Assembly: GCA_964270895.1 (NCBI GenBank)
Contig: OZ185446.1
Reading direction: 5' to 3' (one strand)
DNA length: 64,000 nt
Origin: Podarcis filfolensis
Lineage: Eukaryota
Under the pieces are notes generated by a model. That model made no database searches. It was not told the DNA's origin and saw only the letters and a program-made list of their open reading frames with translations. A program made the translations under genes and the position numbers. Of this stretch, positions 39,630-52,378 are shown piece by piece (positions within the stretch are counted from its first letter, which is position 1; every line of letters begins with the position of its first letter).

Positions 39630-40415
39630 TTACTCATATTTATAGACAACACACAACCCTTTATATATGGGTCTTTGTATCAGCTGCATGCCTCCAACCA
39701 GGCCTTGCTTCTTAGGCCATCAATATGGAGACACTTGGTTGCTAGAAGTAAGATGTATTCAGAGCTACAGTATTTGACCCAGTCCTGTGAAACAATCTTC
39801 CCCCTCAGGTGCAAAGATGCAACTCTTTAGTTGTGTTTAGTACAGGACAGCTAAAAACCGTGCCAGGGTAACTTCAGAGTTAGGGAATGTGGTTTTTTTT
39901 TATAATATATGATTGGGGAACCATCAATTCAGGGGCCAAATGTGGTCCTCTAGGCACCTATATCTGGTCCTAAAGACCCATCACAAGACTCCTAAGCTTC
40001 CACCTTGGCCAATGCTAGCTAGTGGAGGTTTAGATACAGTGATGGGCTTTCTGGTCCCTGGTTAGGGTGAGGATTGCTTTACCCAGACAATTGTTGAGAA
40101 GTCCAATTAATTCCAACAGGTCTTGTTTCCAACTGTTGCTGGCCTCAACACAGAGGCATAACATTTGAGTCTGGCCTAACTCTGAGCTTGGGTAAGAGCA
40201 GTGATTCTTTTTCAGCCACAGTGCACCAGAGTACAGTTCCAGCACCTCCCACTTAGGCACCATTGCAGGCTGGTGCTCCCCTCCCCTTTTTGAGAAGCCC
40301 ATAACAAACATTTCAAGTTGAAACAGAAGCTGGCCAGTGTGTGTGTCAGTCTATGACTCCACCTTGCTCCGAACTGTGATTGGGCAAGCTACGGGGCAAG
40401 GCCAATTCGTATGTC

Positions 40416-40759
40416 CATACCCTCCAACATTTCTCCGAGGAAATAGGGACGTCCCATTCCATAATGATAATTTTGCTATTTATACCCCATCCATCTTATT
40501 GGGTTGCTCCAGCCACTCTGGGCAGCTTCCAACATATATAAAAACATAGTAAAACATTAAACATTAAAAAAACCCTTCCCTATACAGGATTGCCTTCAGA
40601 TGGCTTGGGGGTCAGATAATTCCATACCCTCCAACATTTCTCCACTGAAAATAGGGACATCCTAAGGAAAAGTGGGACATTCCACGATCAAATCAGAAAC
40701 CGGGAATACTTCTCTAAATCAGGGACGCCCCTGGAAAATAGGGACACTTGAAAGGATTG
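40416..40759 (+). mobile_element. Composite non-autonomous DNA transposon (partial MITE + L2 tail + complete MITE), copy 1
   Basis: cataccctccaacatttctcc at 40416 and 40623; L2-tail-like segment between them; repeated gggac motifs; degenerate right TIR. Confidence 0.75.
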
Positions 40760-40761
40760 TA

Positions 40762-40987
40762 CAGTGGTACCTCGGGTTACATACGCTTCAGGTTACAGAC
40801 TCCACTAACCCAGAAATAGTACCTCGGGTTAAGAACTTTGCTTCAGGATGAGAACAGAAATCGTGCTCCGGCGGCGTGGCAGCAGCAGGAGGCTCCATTA
40901 GCTAAAGTGGTGCTTCAGGTTAAGAACAGTTTCAGGTTAAGAGCAGACCTCCGGAACGAATTAAGTACTTAACCTGAGGTACCACTA
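40762..40987 (+). mobile_element. Tc1/mariner MITE, family A
   Basis: TIRs and TA TSD. Confidence 0.95.
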
Positions 40988-41044
40988 TATTTCCTTTTCT
41001 CCAGTCTGTCTCCTGTGTAGAAGCAGTAGCAGCAGGTTTTAAGC

Positions 41045-41238
41045 CAGGCATGTCCAAAGCCCATTTCAGGGGCTGGTCGATTAAATCTGGCCCCTGTGGC
41101 AGTATATGTCCTGGGGTAAAATCCTTTTAAAAAGTTCAGCAACTTCAATCCTAAAAAAAGCTGAACAATTTTGGTCGGCCCTCACACATGTTCACATCAT
41201 CAAATCTGGCCCTCTTTGAAAAAAGTTTGGGCAAGTGC
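41045..41238. mobile_element. hAT (Charlie-like) MITE, degenerate
   Basis: caggcatgtccaaa...tggccc...aaaagtttgggca termini. Confidence 0.6.
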
Positions 41239-44200
41239 ATGCATTTGTGCAAGGGCCTTTCCGAGTTGTCTTAGTTATCCACCTGAATCTAAGAGAATGA
41301 GGGATGTGGGGGTGCATTTGACCTGCACCAGAACTGGGGTGACCCCCAAACTAGCTAGGGAGACAGCTTGTCATAGTGTTTAGCATCTCTGTGGGCAGTG
41401 AACATGGCTGTTGTCAAACTGGCATCTGTTCAGGCCAGCCCCAAGTTGCCTGGAGTTGTAACAGCTTCATAGTGAGCTCCAGCACCTACTTTTCTTGAAA
41501 AAGGGGAACTGGGTAAGAGTATGTTTTAGCACATTGCGTTTTAGTTGTGATGTGAAGTCAACTACTAGTTTATGACAGAAGGTTTTCGACAGATTTGAGA
41601 TTCCACTGCAAATATGGCAGGTTAGAGTTAGCAAAACCTGAAGGTGTTTGGTAAGCGGTAACCTCTGTTTGCCTTCTAAAATTAAATGTAAAAATGGGCA
41701 GGCTTTTGGGGGGGGCAGGAAAATGTTTAGTATGTATCTTCCCTAGCTTTCAGTGTTCTTGTGCTAACCTACTTCTTCTGCCAGATGTTGCCTAGTTTTT
41801 CCACTGGAAGAAGTTGGTTGCAGATTGCTGTCTTTATTGAAAACATTCTTAGGAAATTTGTCCCAATTAGCAAGTGCTGGGTGCTTCTGAAAAAATTAGC
41901 CCATGGCCTTTCCTTTTCATTATTTTCCCTTTCAACTTGAGCAATATACAATATGCCCAGCCATACTCAGTTTTCAGTTACATCAATGGATTCAAAATAG
42001 TGCAGCGCAAATTATAAATGAAAACATAATGTTATCCACCGTGTGGTTTTTATTCAAGGCTGTCATACATTCTTTGCCTAAGCAAAGCTCCTGTTGAACC
42101 CGATGGGATTTGTCACGTTGCCTATTTTATGAAGAGTGTGCAATTTGAGCCATATCATTTGTCAGCAATGGGAAGGTGATCAAAGTACAGTAACAGCTGT
42201 AATTGAGGGTGGGGGCGAGAACAGATGGAGAGTTGGAAATAAAGCACCTCACAATGGCATGTTCCCCCCACCTTCCACTTTTTGTGTGTGTGCCATGCTG
42301 TACTTCTTGAAACATCATTACAAATCCTTTATAATTGGGGGACCTTAGCTTGCAATATTTCTCACAGCAGAAAATATCCCCTGCAAACCTATTAAGGTGA
42401 AAAGAAGTGAAAAACCATGGCAGGATGTTGTATTCACCCCCCCTCTCTACTCTCTCTCTCTCTCTCTCTCTCTTGGCTGAACAAAAGGTTCGAATTTACT
42501 TTTGTTTGATCACACACACCTCAAAGGCTCGCCCCACCAGGCTCTGTCAGTTGGCAGTTTTACATGGCTTCAAGAATGCTCCCTAGGCCATTCTTGTAAC
42601 AAGCTGGAGGAAGAAGCCTTACATGCAAATGAAAACAAAACTTCTGAAGCTTTTGATCTGCGGAGGGTCTTGATGGAATCTCTTGAGCAAACGGAGGGAT
42701 TACATGCAACACCAAATTACATACAAGTATAATCACCAATCAAGACTGCGGAAATTTAACTAAATGAGGAAGTTGGAGAGCTTACAACATTGTTATTTCA
42801 GACTTGTTGGGCCAAAGTCTAGAAGCTGCTCCTGAAAAGGATAAATAACTACTGAGTCAAAATATTCATTCATATGTAAAGATCTTTGCTCTGGAGGTGC
42901 CTTTTTAAGTAATCTCCCCCACTCTTGGTTTCAGCATGTCCTTCTGACTGGGATGCATAAAACAAAAGCAACCCATCCCATGAAATTCACCCGGTTACTC
43001 TCCCCAAAGACTTTTTTTTTTGCCACCAGGGAGAGAGGTTCCTAAAGGTCTTTTGTTGTTATCTGTGTAAAGAAGAGAGAAAGCAGGCATCCTGTACATG
43101 AAGAGTTTTGCATGGGAAGACAAAGGCACTTTTGAGACTCAAGGATTACCATATCCTCCATGTACCAATTGTCATTCTAAAAGGTGACCTATGCATTTCT
43201 CCTCAGCTGTAAACAAGGGTGGAGCGATGACCTGGTCAATCCAGGTTCAAGTGTCATTGATTGGACGATGATGGACAAGAAAGAGTCCTCGGCAAAACAT
43301 GAATTTTCTTGATGTTTCACTCACTAAAGCATCTTTCAGATTTCTTTTCCAGTTCAGGACTTACTACCCCCCCTTTCTTTCCATTTTAGCAATGACAACG
43401 TGCATGGACATATCTCTCAGCTTGCATCTGGTAGCAACTCACTGTGGGGGAAAACCAACAAACCATAACTCTTTATGCAGTTTTCACATTCCACAACTAT
43501 TAAACAGGCTGGCTAAGTTACAGCAGGAAAGGGAAACACGGAGGAACTAATGCAATTAAGTACTTCAAAGGAGCAGTACTGGAAAGCAACCGAGTGGAGA
43601 GTGTTTCTTTTACAGCGCTGCCAATTGTCTTATCACTCCACTTATCACACGGCTGTGTGCAGGACAGAGAGAAATCAGCTACCACTGAAAAATGTTAAAA
43701 ACCTGAACAAAGTAAGAAAATCAACCTTAAAGTGTGCATGCTTAAAGCTGTAGTAATGCATTTAATTGGGGGGGTGTACACTAAATGAGGCCTGTTACTG
43801 AAATTTGCATTTAGTTTCCTAAAACATCATGAGATACTAGTAAGTGTTCACACTGTACTATTGTCTATTTTTGTTTGTCAGTAAGTCCTGATGCATTTAT
43901 GAGGAAATATGCATAAGACTGGCCTCAGGGACTTTGAAAATTATCAGGGTTTTTTTTTGTGTGTGTGTTTGTGTGTCTACCAAACAACACTTTCAGAAAC
44001 ATAGATTAATGACAGGGTTCAAGATAAACACCAAGAAGTTCTGAAAGGAGTACATTTTCTTTATCAAACAGTGACCTGTATCAGGTCCCTAAGCTCTCTG
44101 AAGTACAAAGGTCTGCAGTATTGCTTGCTATCATGAAAAATATAGGTTTATCTCAAGCCCTACCATCCTTCATGAGAAGAGATAGCAAGGCTGCTGTGAC

Positions 44201-45667
44201 ATTTTAGCCACTGTCTTTCAAACTAGAACCAGCTGTTTACAAAGCACAGAAACTTATAGCACATCCTCCATCCTCATTCCTAATGAGAGCAGGGTGGGGT
44301 GGGGGTGGGATGGAGGGATTAAATGAGTTGCCATGAATACCAGCCCTTACCCTTAACTGCAACAGACTCTAGAATTAAAGAGGCCTTCTGCCCTCCCAAG
44401 CAACATTTGAGAATAAATAAAATAAAATAAAATAAGTAATAATTCCCGAGCCAGCTGAAAAGAAGTGGTTTGATAGACATTCAAAAGACGGGATATTCCA
44501 CATAGTTTTGACAGATCTCTCTCTCTCGTTTCAAAAACTGACAGTTGCTTCTGGCTCCTTTCTTTCTGTGTAAGGGAGAAGACAAGCCCCAGTTTAGCAA
44601 TAGGTCTACAATTAGTTCACTCTGTGTATCTGCCAAAGGCAATACTTTGTAGGGTGTAGCCAGGGATAGCTCAAGACATGCTTCTGCCTGAGTTGAAGGA
44701 CAAGATGGTGCCTCCTTCCTCATTCCATGTACTAGAAGGAAACCGGACTAGCAGTTTAATATTACTTCAGTACTGGATATGGGGCAGCACCATCTATCAC
44801 ACCTGAGAGAAGGAAGCTAACTTAGGGAATGCGGGGCTAGGCCAAGCTCTGTATGTTTCACATCTTTCAGAATCGGTCACCTACCTAGTGGTAGGGGTGG
44901 CCCTTTGGAGTGGTACTCTACTTTTGCTTCTATCAAATGGAAGGGACTTTAGTACATGAGCTTCTCTTGTACCCAAAGATGAAGAGAGTGGCGAAGAGTA
45001 CAAGGAAGCAAGGAGAAACTAAGTTGAAATAAAATTATTTGCAGCAGGAGGATATTGAGGACTCCAGTTCTCTAAGGGTATGAACAACACATGTCATTAA
45101 GGCAAAGAGTTTATTGTGAAGCATGGAAGGTGCAGAGGAAACCAGCCCCTCTCTAGGTTGGTTACTGTAGATATTAGAATGGAAGGAGTGAATGCAAGGC
45201 AGATGGTTGAGAGTGAAGGAAAGGGCCATGGTTAAAGAGCAAAACATCCATTTCGTATGTATGTATGTATGTATGTATGCAGAAGGTCCCGTGTTCAGTC
45301 CCCATCATCTCAAAGTAGGGCTGGAACAGGCCCTGGCCTGAAAATCTGGAGAAAGGTTACTAGTCAATGCAGACAATAGTGAGCTAGATGGACCAATTCA
45401 TCTGATTCTGTATAGGGCAACTTTCTGTGTTTGCTAAGGAGTTATAGGATAAAGGTGAGTGTTGGTGTTAATGTTGAATAGTTTGCTTAATATGCCCCAA
45501 ATTTCCAAGGCCGGCCCTAGTTGTGAAGGTGCTGGGTCAAACCCTGACATTTGGCAGGTGTATATCCCTATCACATAAGGAGATAGAGGGAAAGGAAAGA
45601 AAAGAATAAGTTTGTCTGTTATTTAAAAGGGCCAAAATAAATAAGTGTGGAATCTGGCATCTATCAG

Positions 45668-46048
45668 AGTACCTCAAGGACTGCCTCTCTCTATATGAAC
45701 CTCTCTGGACCCTGAGATCATCTTCTGAGGCTCTTCCTCGTGTGCCTCCTCCAGGAGAGGTCCGGTGGCAGGCAACACAAGAATTGGCCTTTTCTGCAGT
45801 GGCTCCTCATTTGTGGAATGCTCTCCCCAGGGAAGTTCAGCTGACGCCCTTTAGACGCCAGGCAAAAATGTTTCTCTTTAACCAGGCTTTTGGCTGATTG
45901 ACACCCAATGCTCTTTTAAAATGTGTAGGGAGGGGGGATTTATTGGGTTGTTTTTGTTTTTATTATGTATTTTATGTTTTTTATATTGTGAATTTATGTT
46001 GTAACCACCTTGAGACCTGTGGGGGTAGGGGATTTTACAAATTTAATA

Positions 46049-46050
<2 letters not shown>
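45668..46050 (+). mobile_element. L2 LINE 3' fragment (second family)
   Basis: AFSAVAPHLWNALP-type end; homologous to 24820-25215; followed by a (GAA)n tail. Confidence 0.82.
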
Positions 46051-46079
<29 letters not shown>

Positions 46080-46121
46080 AGAAGAAGAAGAAGAAGAAGA
46101 AGAAGAAGAAGAAGAAGAAGA
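46051..46121. repeat. (GAA)n triplet repeat
   Basis: Directly visible; source of the poly-E/K/F ORFs. Confidence 0.97.
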
Positions 46122-46305
46122 GGGAGAGTACTTGGAAGAATCTTAGCCATTTTTTACATAAAGGTTTTATAACCAGAAAAAAAACCATGGAAATAATTCT
46201 GTTAACCTTCTAACTCCAGCCCCATAACATCTGATTGGCCATTTAACTGCAATCTCATATGATATTTGTGATGAAGAACTGGAATTTTGTTTCATAGATC
46301 TAAAT

Positions 46306-46556
46306 CAGGGGTTGGCAACCTAAGGCCCATGGGCGACAAGTGGCCCATGAGCTGCCCTGAACTGAGCTACCCGCTTGGCAAGTCCCCATGCGCTGCGCTA
46401 AACCGGCATAGTGCGGTGTGGGGACTCGCTTCTGCGGTGCGAGAAATTGCTTCTGCGCAGACGCAGATGCCAGAAATCGCGTGCACGCGATCCGGCCCAC
46501 AGAGGGATCTCGCTGGAGTGAACTGGCCCAGGCAAGGTAAATCTTGCCGACCCCTG
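46306..46556. mobile_element. hAT (Charlie-like) MITE
   Basis: TIR caggggttggcaa / ttgccgacccctg; perfect 8-bp TSD atctaaat; CpG retained. Confidence 0.93.
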
Positions 46557-47335
46557 ATCTAAATGGAAGAAACACCTAGGACACCAGAATTATGCGTTAG
46601 ACAGTATAAGTACAATGGTAGAGGATTTGCATACTGCATTGCTATTTATAGTGCTATGTTTTGATATTGCCCCACCTAGTTTTAACCCCATCTGTATCCA
46701 CTTCTGTGATCCAGGAATCTGGACCAGGATAAACAACATAATTAACAACCGGGGGGGGGGCGGGAATGCACCAAAGTGGAGGCTGAGACAATGGGTTGTG
46801 AAGGCACCTTTCCATTCAGTGCTCTGTCGGTTTTCTACCATGAAAATTCCGCCAAGTACAATTATTTCAGATGAATATTACCATGGAAACCTCAGTTAAA
46901 CCCTCAGTCTGCTTTCTAAACACATAGGGTTCTTGTTTCATCAGTTGCTAACATTACAGTGGAGCCTATGGGAACCAGGATTCCACACTGTTCTAGGAGT
47001 GATCTCCATTTCCTCTTTTGCATTTGTTTTATATTATCCAGAAACAGAAAAAGCAGTCTGAGCAATGATCTATTTGCTTTTTTTTTTTTAACCCATAATT
47101 CAAGAACTCGGGCTTTCTTGCAATAAAACAAAAAACAAAAAAAGTTCTATCTTCCAACACTCAGGGCACAGTCATACCACAGTCTCAGTTTAGCCATCAT
47201 TGCCTTGCCCTAGAGAATCCTGGGAATTGCCGTCCTGTAAGCAGCTTATGGAATTCTCAGCTTCTTTACCAAACTAGTGCTCCCTGTGTTTTCCTGGGGA
47301 AGCCATGACAGCTAAACGGAATTAAAAGTGCCATA

Positions 47336-47552
47336 CAGTGGTACCTTGGGTTAAGTACTTAATTCGTTCTGGAGGTCCGTACTTAACCTGAAACTGTTCT
47401 TAACCTGAAGCACCACTTTAGCTAATGGGGCCACCGGAGCACTAGTTCTGTTCTCATCCTGAAGCAAAGTTCTTAACCTGAAGCACTATTTAGCGGAGTC
47501 TGTAACCTGAAGCATATGTTACCTGAAGCGTATGTAACCCGAGGTACCACTG
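47336..47552 (-). mobile_element. Tc1/mariner MITE, family A (inverted)
   Basis: TIRs and TA TSD. Confidence 0.95.
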
Positions 47553-48625
47553 TATAAGTTTGCAGTGTCAATCTGTGCTCATTCCCAGTTCTGTCTGGCT
47601 TACCAGGAGCATGGGAACTCTGAGACTAATCTACTTGGCCTCGGTATCATTCCCACTTCCTGTGGGACAGAACAGTATTTTCCCCAAAGTTAATTATAGC
47701 ATAAAGTTCTGGACTTCATTATCTGAATATTTTTCAGTCCACACCCCCAAAGTATAAATGAATGATGTGGTTAAAAGACCCATTAGCTGGAAGAAGTTTG
47801 ACATGCGGGTGGACTTGATCCATCGTAATGCTCTATCCTTCTCCATGTGGATTACAACGAGCAGTCAAGCCTCCATATTCTGTATTAGCTGCAGTTTCCA
47901 GGTCAACCTGAACAGCAGCCCCACATAAAGTGCATTGCAGTGATTCAGTTTATCATCAGTCCTGTGCAGGTAATTTGTGTTCACTTCAGCAGGACTTACG
48001 CAAGGGTTACAAGATGTAGGATTTCAGCCAACGTGTGCACAAGCTTTTACAGTAAGAATAAGTAACTACAGCTGTATCTTATCAAAGGGTTATTTACACT
48101 GTCAGTGTAGTGTCAAATATTCTTTTTCGCTTATCATATACATCAAACATGAAAAATCTGAACCACTTTTTCCATGTGGAAAAGACATCTGTTTGATGTA
48201 CCCTTGTGTCTTTATTAGCACTTGTTCTCTATAGTATTTCCTTTTGTTAAGGCTAGACGTCTTCTGCCGTGTTGGTGTAGAAGTTGCACCTTCTTTTCTT
48301 GGAACCCTAAACTAATTCAGGGCCAGTGACAAATGCCAGTGCCTCAAGTTTATTTGAGGAGCCCCTTGAGGAATCCTTTGTATTGTGCATTCAGGATAAT
48401 TTGAGCTCTTAACAGTATTGGGGTGGTTGCTCATGCACCCACATTAAAGCTGATTTCAACCCTCAAAAACGTTCAAAGTGATCACATGGCATAAGTAGCA
48501 ATCCACAGCTGCCAGCAAATATCATAACATTTTTCATGCTAGAAATGTTCTGCTGCTGTTTTGATGTGCTCTTGGTACCATGGCACTCAGATAATCATCA
48601 ATGCACAAGAAAGTGATGTCAGAAG

Positions 48626-49279
48626 CATACTGTCCATCATTTCTCAGATGAAAATAGGGACATCCTATTTAATAATAATAATATTTATGCTCTGCCCATC
48701 TGACTAGGTTGCCCCAACCACTCTGGGCTGCTTCCAACATATATAAAAACATAATAAAACAGTAAACAGTAAAAAAAAACCTTCCCTGCACAGGGCTGCC
48801 TTCAGATGTCTTCTGAAAGTTGTATACTGTTGTACCTCAGCTCCCGAACACCTTGGAAGTCGAACGTTTTGGCTCCCAAATGATTGAAAACCAGAAGTGA
48901 GTGTTCCAGTTTTCAAACATTCTTTCAGAAGTTGAATGTCCAATGGGGCTTCTGTGGAGCTTCCTGCAGCCAATCAGAAGCCACGCTTTGGAAGTCGAAC
49001 GTTTTAGCAGTCAAATGGACTTCTGGAACAGATTCTGTTCAACTTCCGAGGTATGACTGTAGTTACTCACCTCCATGGCTCAGGGGCTCACATAACTCCA
49101 TACCCTCCAACATTTCTCCAATGAAAATAAGGACATCCTATCATACCCTCCAACATTTTTCTGATGAAAATAGGGACACCCTAAGGAAAAGCGGGACCTT
49201 CTGAGATCAAATCAGAAATCAGGACAGCTTCTGTAAATCCAGGACTGTCCCTGGAAAATAAGGGCACTTGGAGGGTCTT
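48626..49279 (+). mobile_element. Composite MITE/L2-tail element, copy 2
   Basis: Same architecture as 40416; contains a nested mariner MITE and a tandem extra copy of the left end (about 49099-49141). Confidence 0.75.
48827..49059 (+). mobile_element. Tc1/mariner MITE, family B
   Basis: ctgttgtacctc ... gaggtatgactg termini, TA TSD; removing it restores the L2-tail sequence seen in composite copy 3. Confidence 0.85.
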
Positions 49280-49696
49280 CAAAGGAGCCCAAAGTTGCTT
49301 CTTTGTGATGTGGCCAAAAGGAAGACATGTCACCAAAAAAGAGGACACAGGATGCATTGACGCTGCATGTACCAATTTATATCTATAGCTGCAGATTTGG
49401 AATTCATTGCTTTAGAAATACAATTATTCTCATAGTGAGGAAGACTCTCACCCAACTGACCTGTGTGCCTGCTCAGTCGGCTGTTCAGAAGCTAACTGTT
49501 GATGGGCAGCTTCCAGGCCCCTGCTCTCCCCTCTTCTGACTCTTTTATCTTTAAGCCAGACCTCTGTCAAGGAGGACATATGGCTACTCAAATAAAGAGA
49601 TAGAGCAGAAGCCCCAGTGCAAGTGCACAAATTGTGATAGTTAGAACTTGCTTCTCTATCTGAAATGGCACCAGGCCATGGTACAGAAAAAGATAT

Positions 49697-49752
49697 ATGA
49701 ATAATTTCATCAATAGCCAATTACTCAATTGGCTATTGATGAAATTATTCAT
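49697..49752. repeat. Perfect inverted repeat, 26-bp arms, 4-nt loop
   Basis: atgaataatttcatcaatagccaatt-actc-aattggctattgatgaaattattcat; checked base by base. Confidence 0.97.
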
Positions 49753-49842
49753 TTTTCCCCCCTTTGGACATAAAAGAGGATGATGTTTCCACTAGATTCC
49801 AACTGTGTCTGTTGATTGAAGAAATCTGTGTTTGTTTGTGCC

Positions 49843-50364
49843 TGTGGTGTTCGTACGGAGCCCCCGGTCATCTCACGGACAATTGACCTGTACATCACTA
49901 ATCCGCTGCTACCAACCAGGTTCTCCCCGGTAAAACACTTAGTCTCAGTCGGGTTCTCAAGTTAACAACAAAGATTGTAGCTTATTGCAAACACAACTAA
50001 ACTTTAAATGCATTCGAAATGCGGTTACCCGTTACCCTCTTAGTTTATTTTATTCTGTCTCTAACTCACTCTAACTCTTCTACCTTCCCTCACACAAGAA
50101 CCAACTGCACTGTCTCTCTATTTCCATCTGTCTTCCAACTGCTTTTTCCCAATTGTCTAAACCTCTGGCTAAGCCTTTTAAAAACAGGTAGGCTCCGCCT
50201 CTGGGCTTTTCTATTGGTCTACCTATTAACCCTTTCTCTCCCCCTGTACAGACATTTCCAAAAGAATGGGCAAACACCACAGTGCCATTCTCATCTCTTG
50301 GCAAAAGCTGAAGGTACAGTCAATTAAGAAGCTAATAAACCAGTCTCTCCCTGAAAACCTGACA
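49843..50364 (-). mobile_element. Solo LTR (522 bp)
   Basis: TG...CA termini; 6-bp TSD tgtgcc/tgtgtc; on the minus strand, in order: CCAAT (50213-50217), GGCGGAG (50193-50199), TTTAAAA (about 50180), AATAAA x2 (50044-50054). Confidence 0.82.
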
Positions 50365-51136
50365 TGTGTCATAAAAATATCAAAGCTACTTGCGTGCTAG
50401 ATACTTAAAAGAGAGCTGGCTAGGTATTCATATCTCATTGTGATTAGACTAATATGATTGACTGTGTTTTTATTGGTCTGTATAGAAGTTTTTACAACTC
50501 TCTAACAATCTCAAACATTTCTCCAACAACAGAAGCCTCAGCTCTTCAACCTTTTTCATGTAAAATATGACAGACAATTAGTTTTTCAAAAATCACATTA
50601 CCGGTAATTTGATTGGAATGTTTTGTGCAACAAGCCAACTTCCCCCTAAGATCAGGCTTTTTGCAAGAAGGAAAGTGACAGAAAAATTCAGTGGAATGTG
50701 TGGAATAACACTTGCTTTAATGCAACATCTTCAGGATTTCAGATGGATCATCTCCCAGCCCCATCTGCCAATGCTAGGGAATGAACCTAGGGCCTTCTAC
50801 ACACTAAGTGCATTGTGGATGGACAAGTGGTGCAAAGCCATTGTCTCAACCATGGTGACATTTTGTTTCTACTATTTTGTCTTTTAGATAGACAAAAACA
50901 TGGCCTAAATAAGTAAAAATGAGACTGTAACTGCACAAAAGTGACTTGGGAGCTGCCTCTCAAATCCTGATGTGATCTTTTCTGCGATGAAAATGTTTTA
51001 AAAAGATAACTACAGTCTGGTAAGAAAAAAAGCCCAGATTATTGTAGTATATTAAATACACACAGAGAGACTTCTATATGGACTTTCCCAAAGCAGTTTT
51101 ATACATTTCAGACAGTACTGACAACGCAATGGATTT

Positions 51137-51137
<1 letters not shown>

Positions 51138-51187
<50 letters not shown>

Positions 51188-51533
51188 TTATTATTTATAC
51201 CCCGCCCAGCTGGCTGGGCCTCCCCAGCCACTCTGGGCGGCTTCCATAGAAACCAAAAATACAGTAAAATATCACACGTTAAAAACTTCCCTGAACAGGG
51301 CTGCCTTAAGATGTCTTCTGAATGTCAGGTAGTTGTTTATCGCTTTGACATCTGCTGGAAGGGCGTTCCACAGGGCGGGCGCCACTACCGAGAAGGCCCT
51401 CTGCCTGGTTCTCTGTAGCTTTGCTTCTCGCAATGAGGGAACCCCCAGAAGGCCCTCGGTGCTGGACCTCAGCATCCAGGCAGAATGATGGGGGTGGAGA
51501 CGCTCCTTCAGGTATACTGGACCGAGGCCGTTT
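51138..51533 (-). mobile_element. L2 LINE 3' fragment with (TAA)n tail
   Basis: ORF 51272-51475 LRSSTEGLLGVPSLREAKLQRTRQRAFSVVAPALWNALP...FRRHLKAALFREVF is the L2 ORF2 C-terminus. Confidence 0.93.
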
Positions 51534-52378
51534 TATGTTTCTAAAATCATATGAGTGCATTTAAAAGATGTCTAACTTCACTGAAATAAAAATATTGTAT
51601 GAAAGGATTCCGTGGGGGTTGTTTGATAAATCTACAAGGTACTAACATTTCAGTGTAAAGAGTTTTTAGCTGTTAATCATAAGCCACCAGTACCAATTTG
51701 TCTGTCAACAGATGTCATACTTCTCTCGCCACTGAGACGAAAAGTGAAATAAAACTGAGTATCATGATCCAGAAACAAAACAAGACGTGTCTAATCTCTT
51801 TGAAGAAAACATAATCTCGTTTAGTCTTTTTTACATACACCTTTGGAAGGTTACTTTCTTTAAGCCCAGATGGTGGAAGTTAAGAGCACCATACTTAGTA
51901 CAGTTTGAGCTGAGACACCTTGTCAGTGTTAGACCGCCTGCTCCCAGCCAAATGCATCTCAGAGACTTCTACAGTCTTGGCTCAACAGCCCACTCAATTG
52001 AGAGAGTGTGCTGTGTATTACATATTTACATTAGGAACTGTTAGCTGCTTGTTTGATCTGGCACATACTGCTCATGTGATGCACCACTTTACATGGAAGT
52101 TGATACTAGAATCAACAGTCTGATTCCAATCTGCGCCACAGTGTAAACACCCTTCTCTGCAATATCTTATCTCTCGAGTAGGAATAACAATATTGCATGT
52201 GACAGTGAAGTGTTTAGATACAATTTCCCCAAAGTGATATACAAAGACAGACTTCTCGATTCGGTTTTGCCAGTGTAAGGAAGCGAAACTTGCCAGCTGC
52301 ATGAGATAGAGCCTTGGGGGAGGGTGGGCTTAAATAAATCATTTTTATATAACGCTCAAAATACTCCTGTTTGATTCA

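Noticed and set aside
42502-42732. Acidic, protein-looking ORF (KLEEEALHANENKTSEAFDLRRVLMESLE)
   Set aside because: TTG start, weak flanking splice sites, no recognised homology.
45898-46213. Poly-E, poly-K and poly-F ORFs
   Set aside because: Translations of the (GAA)n microsatellite.
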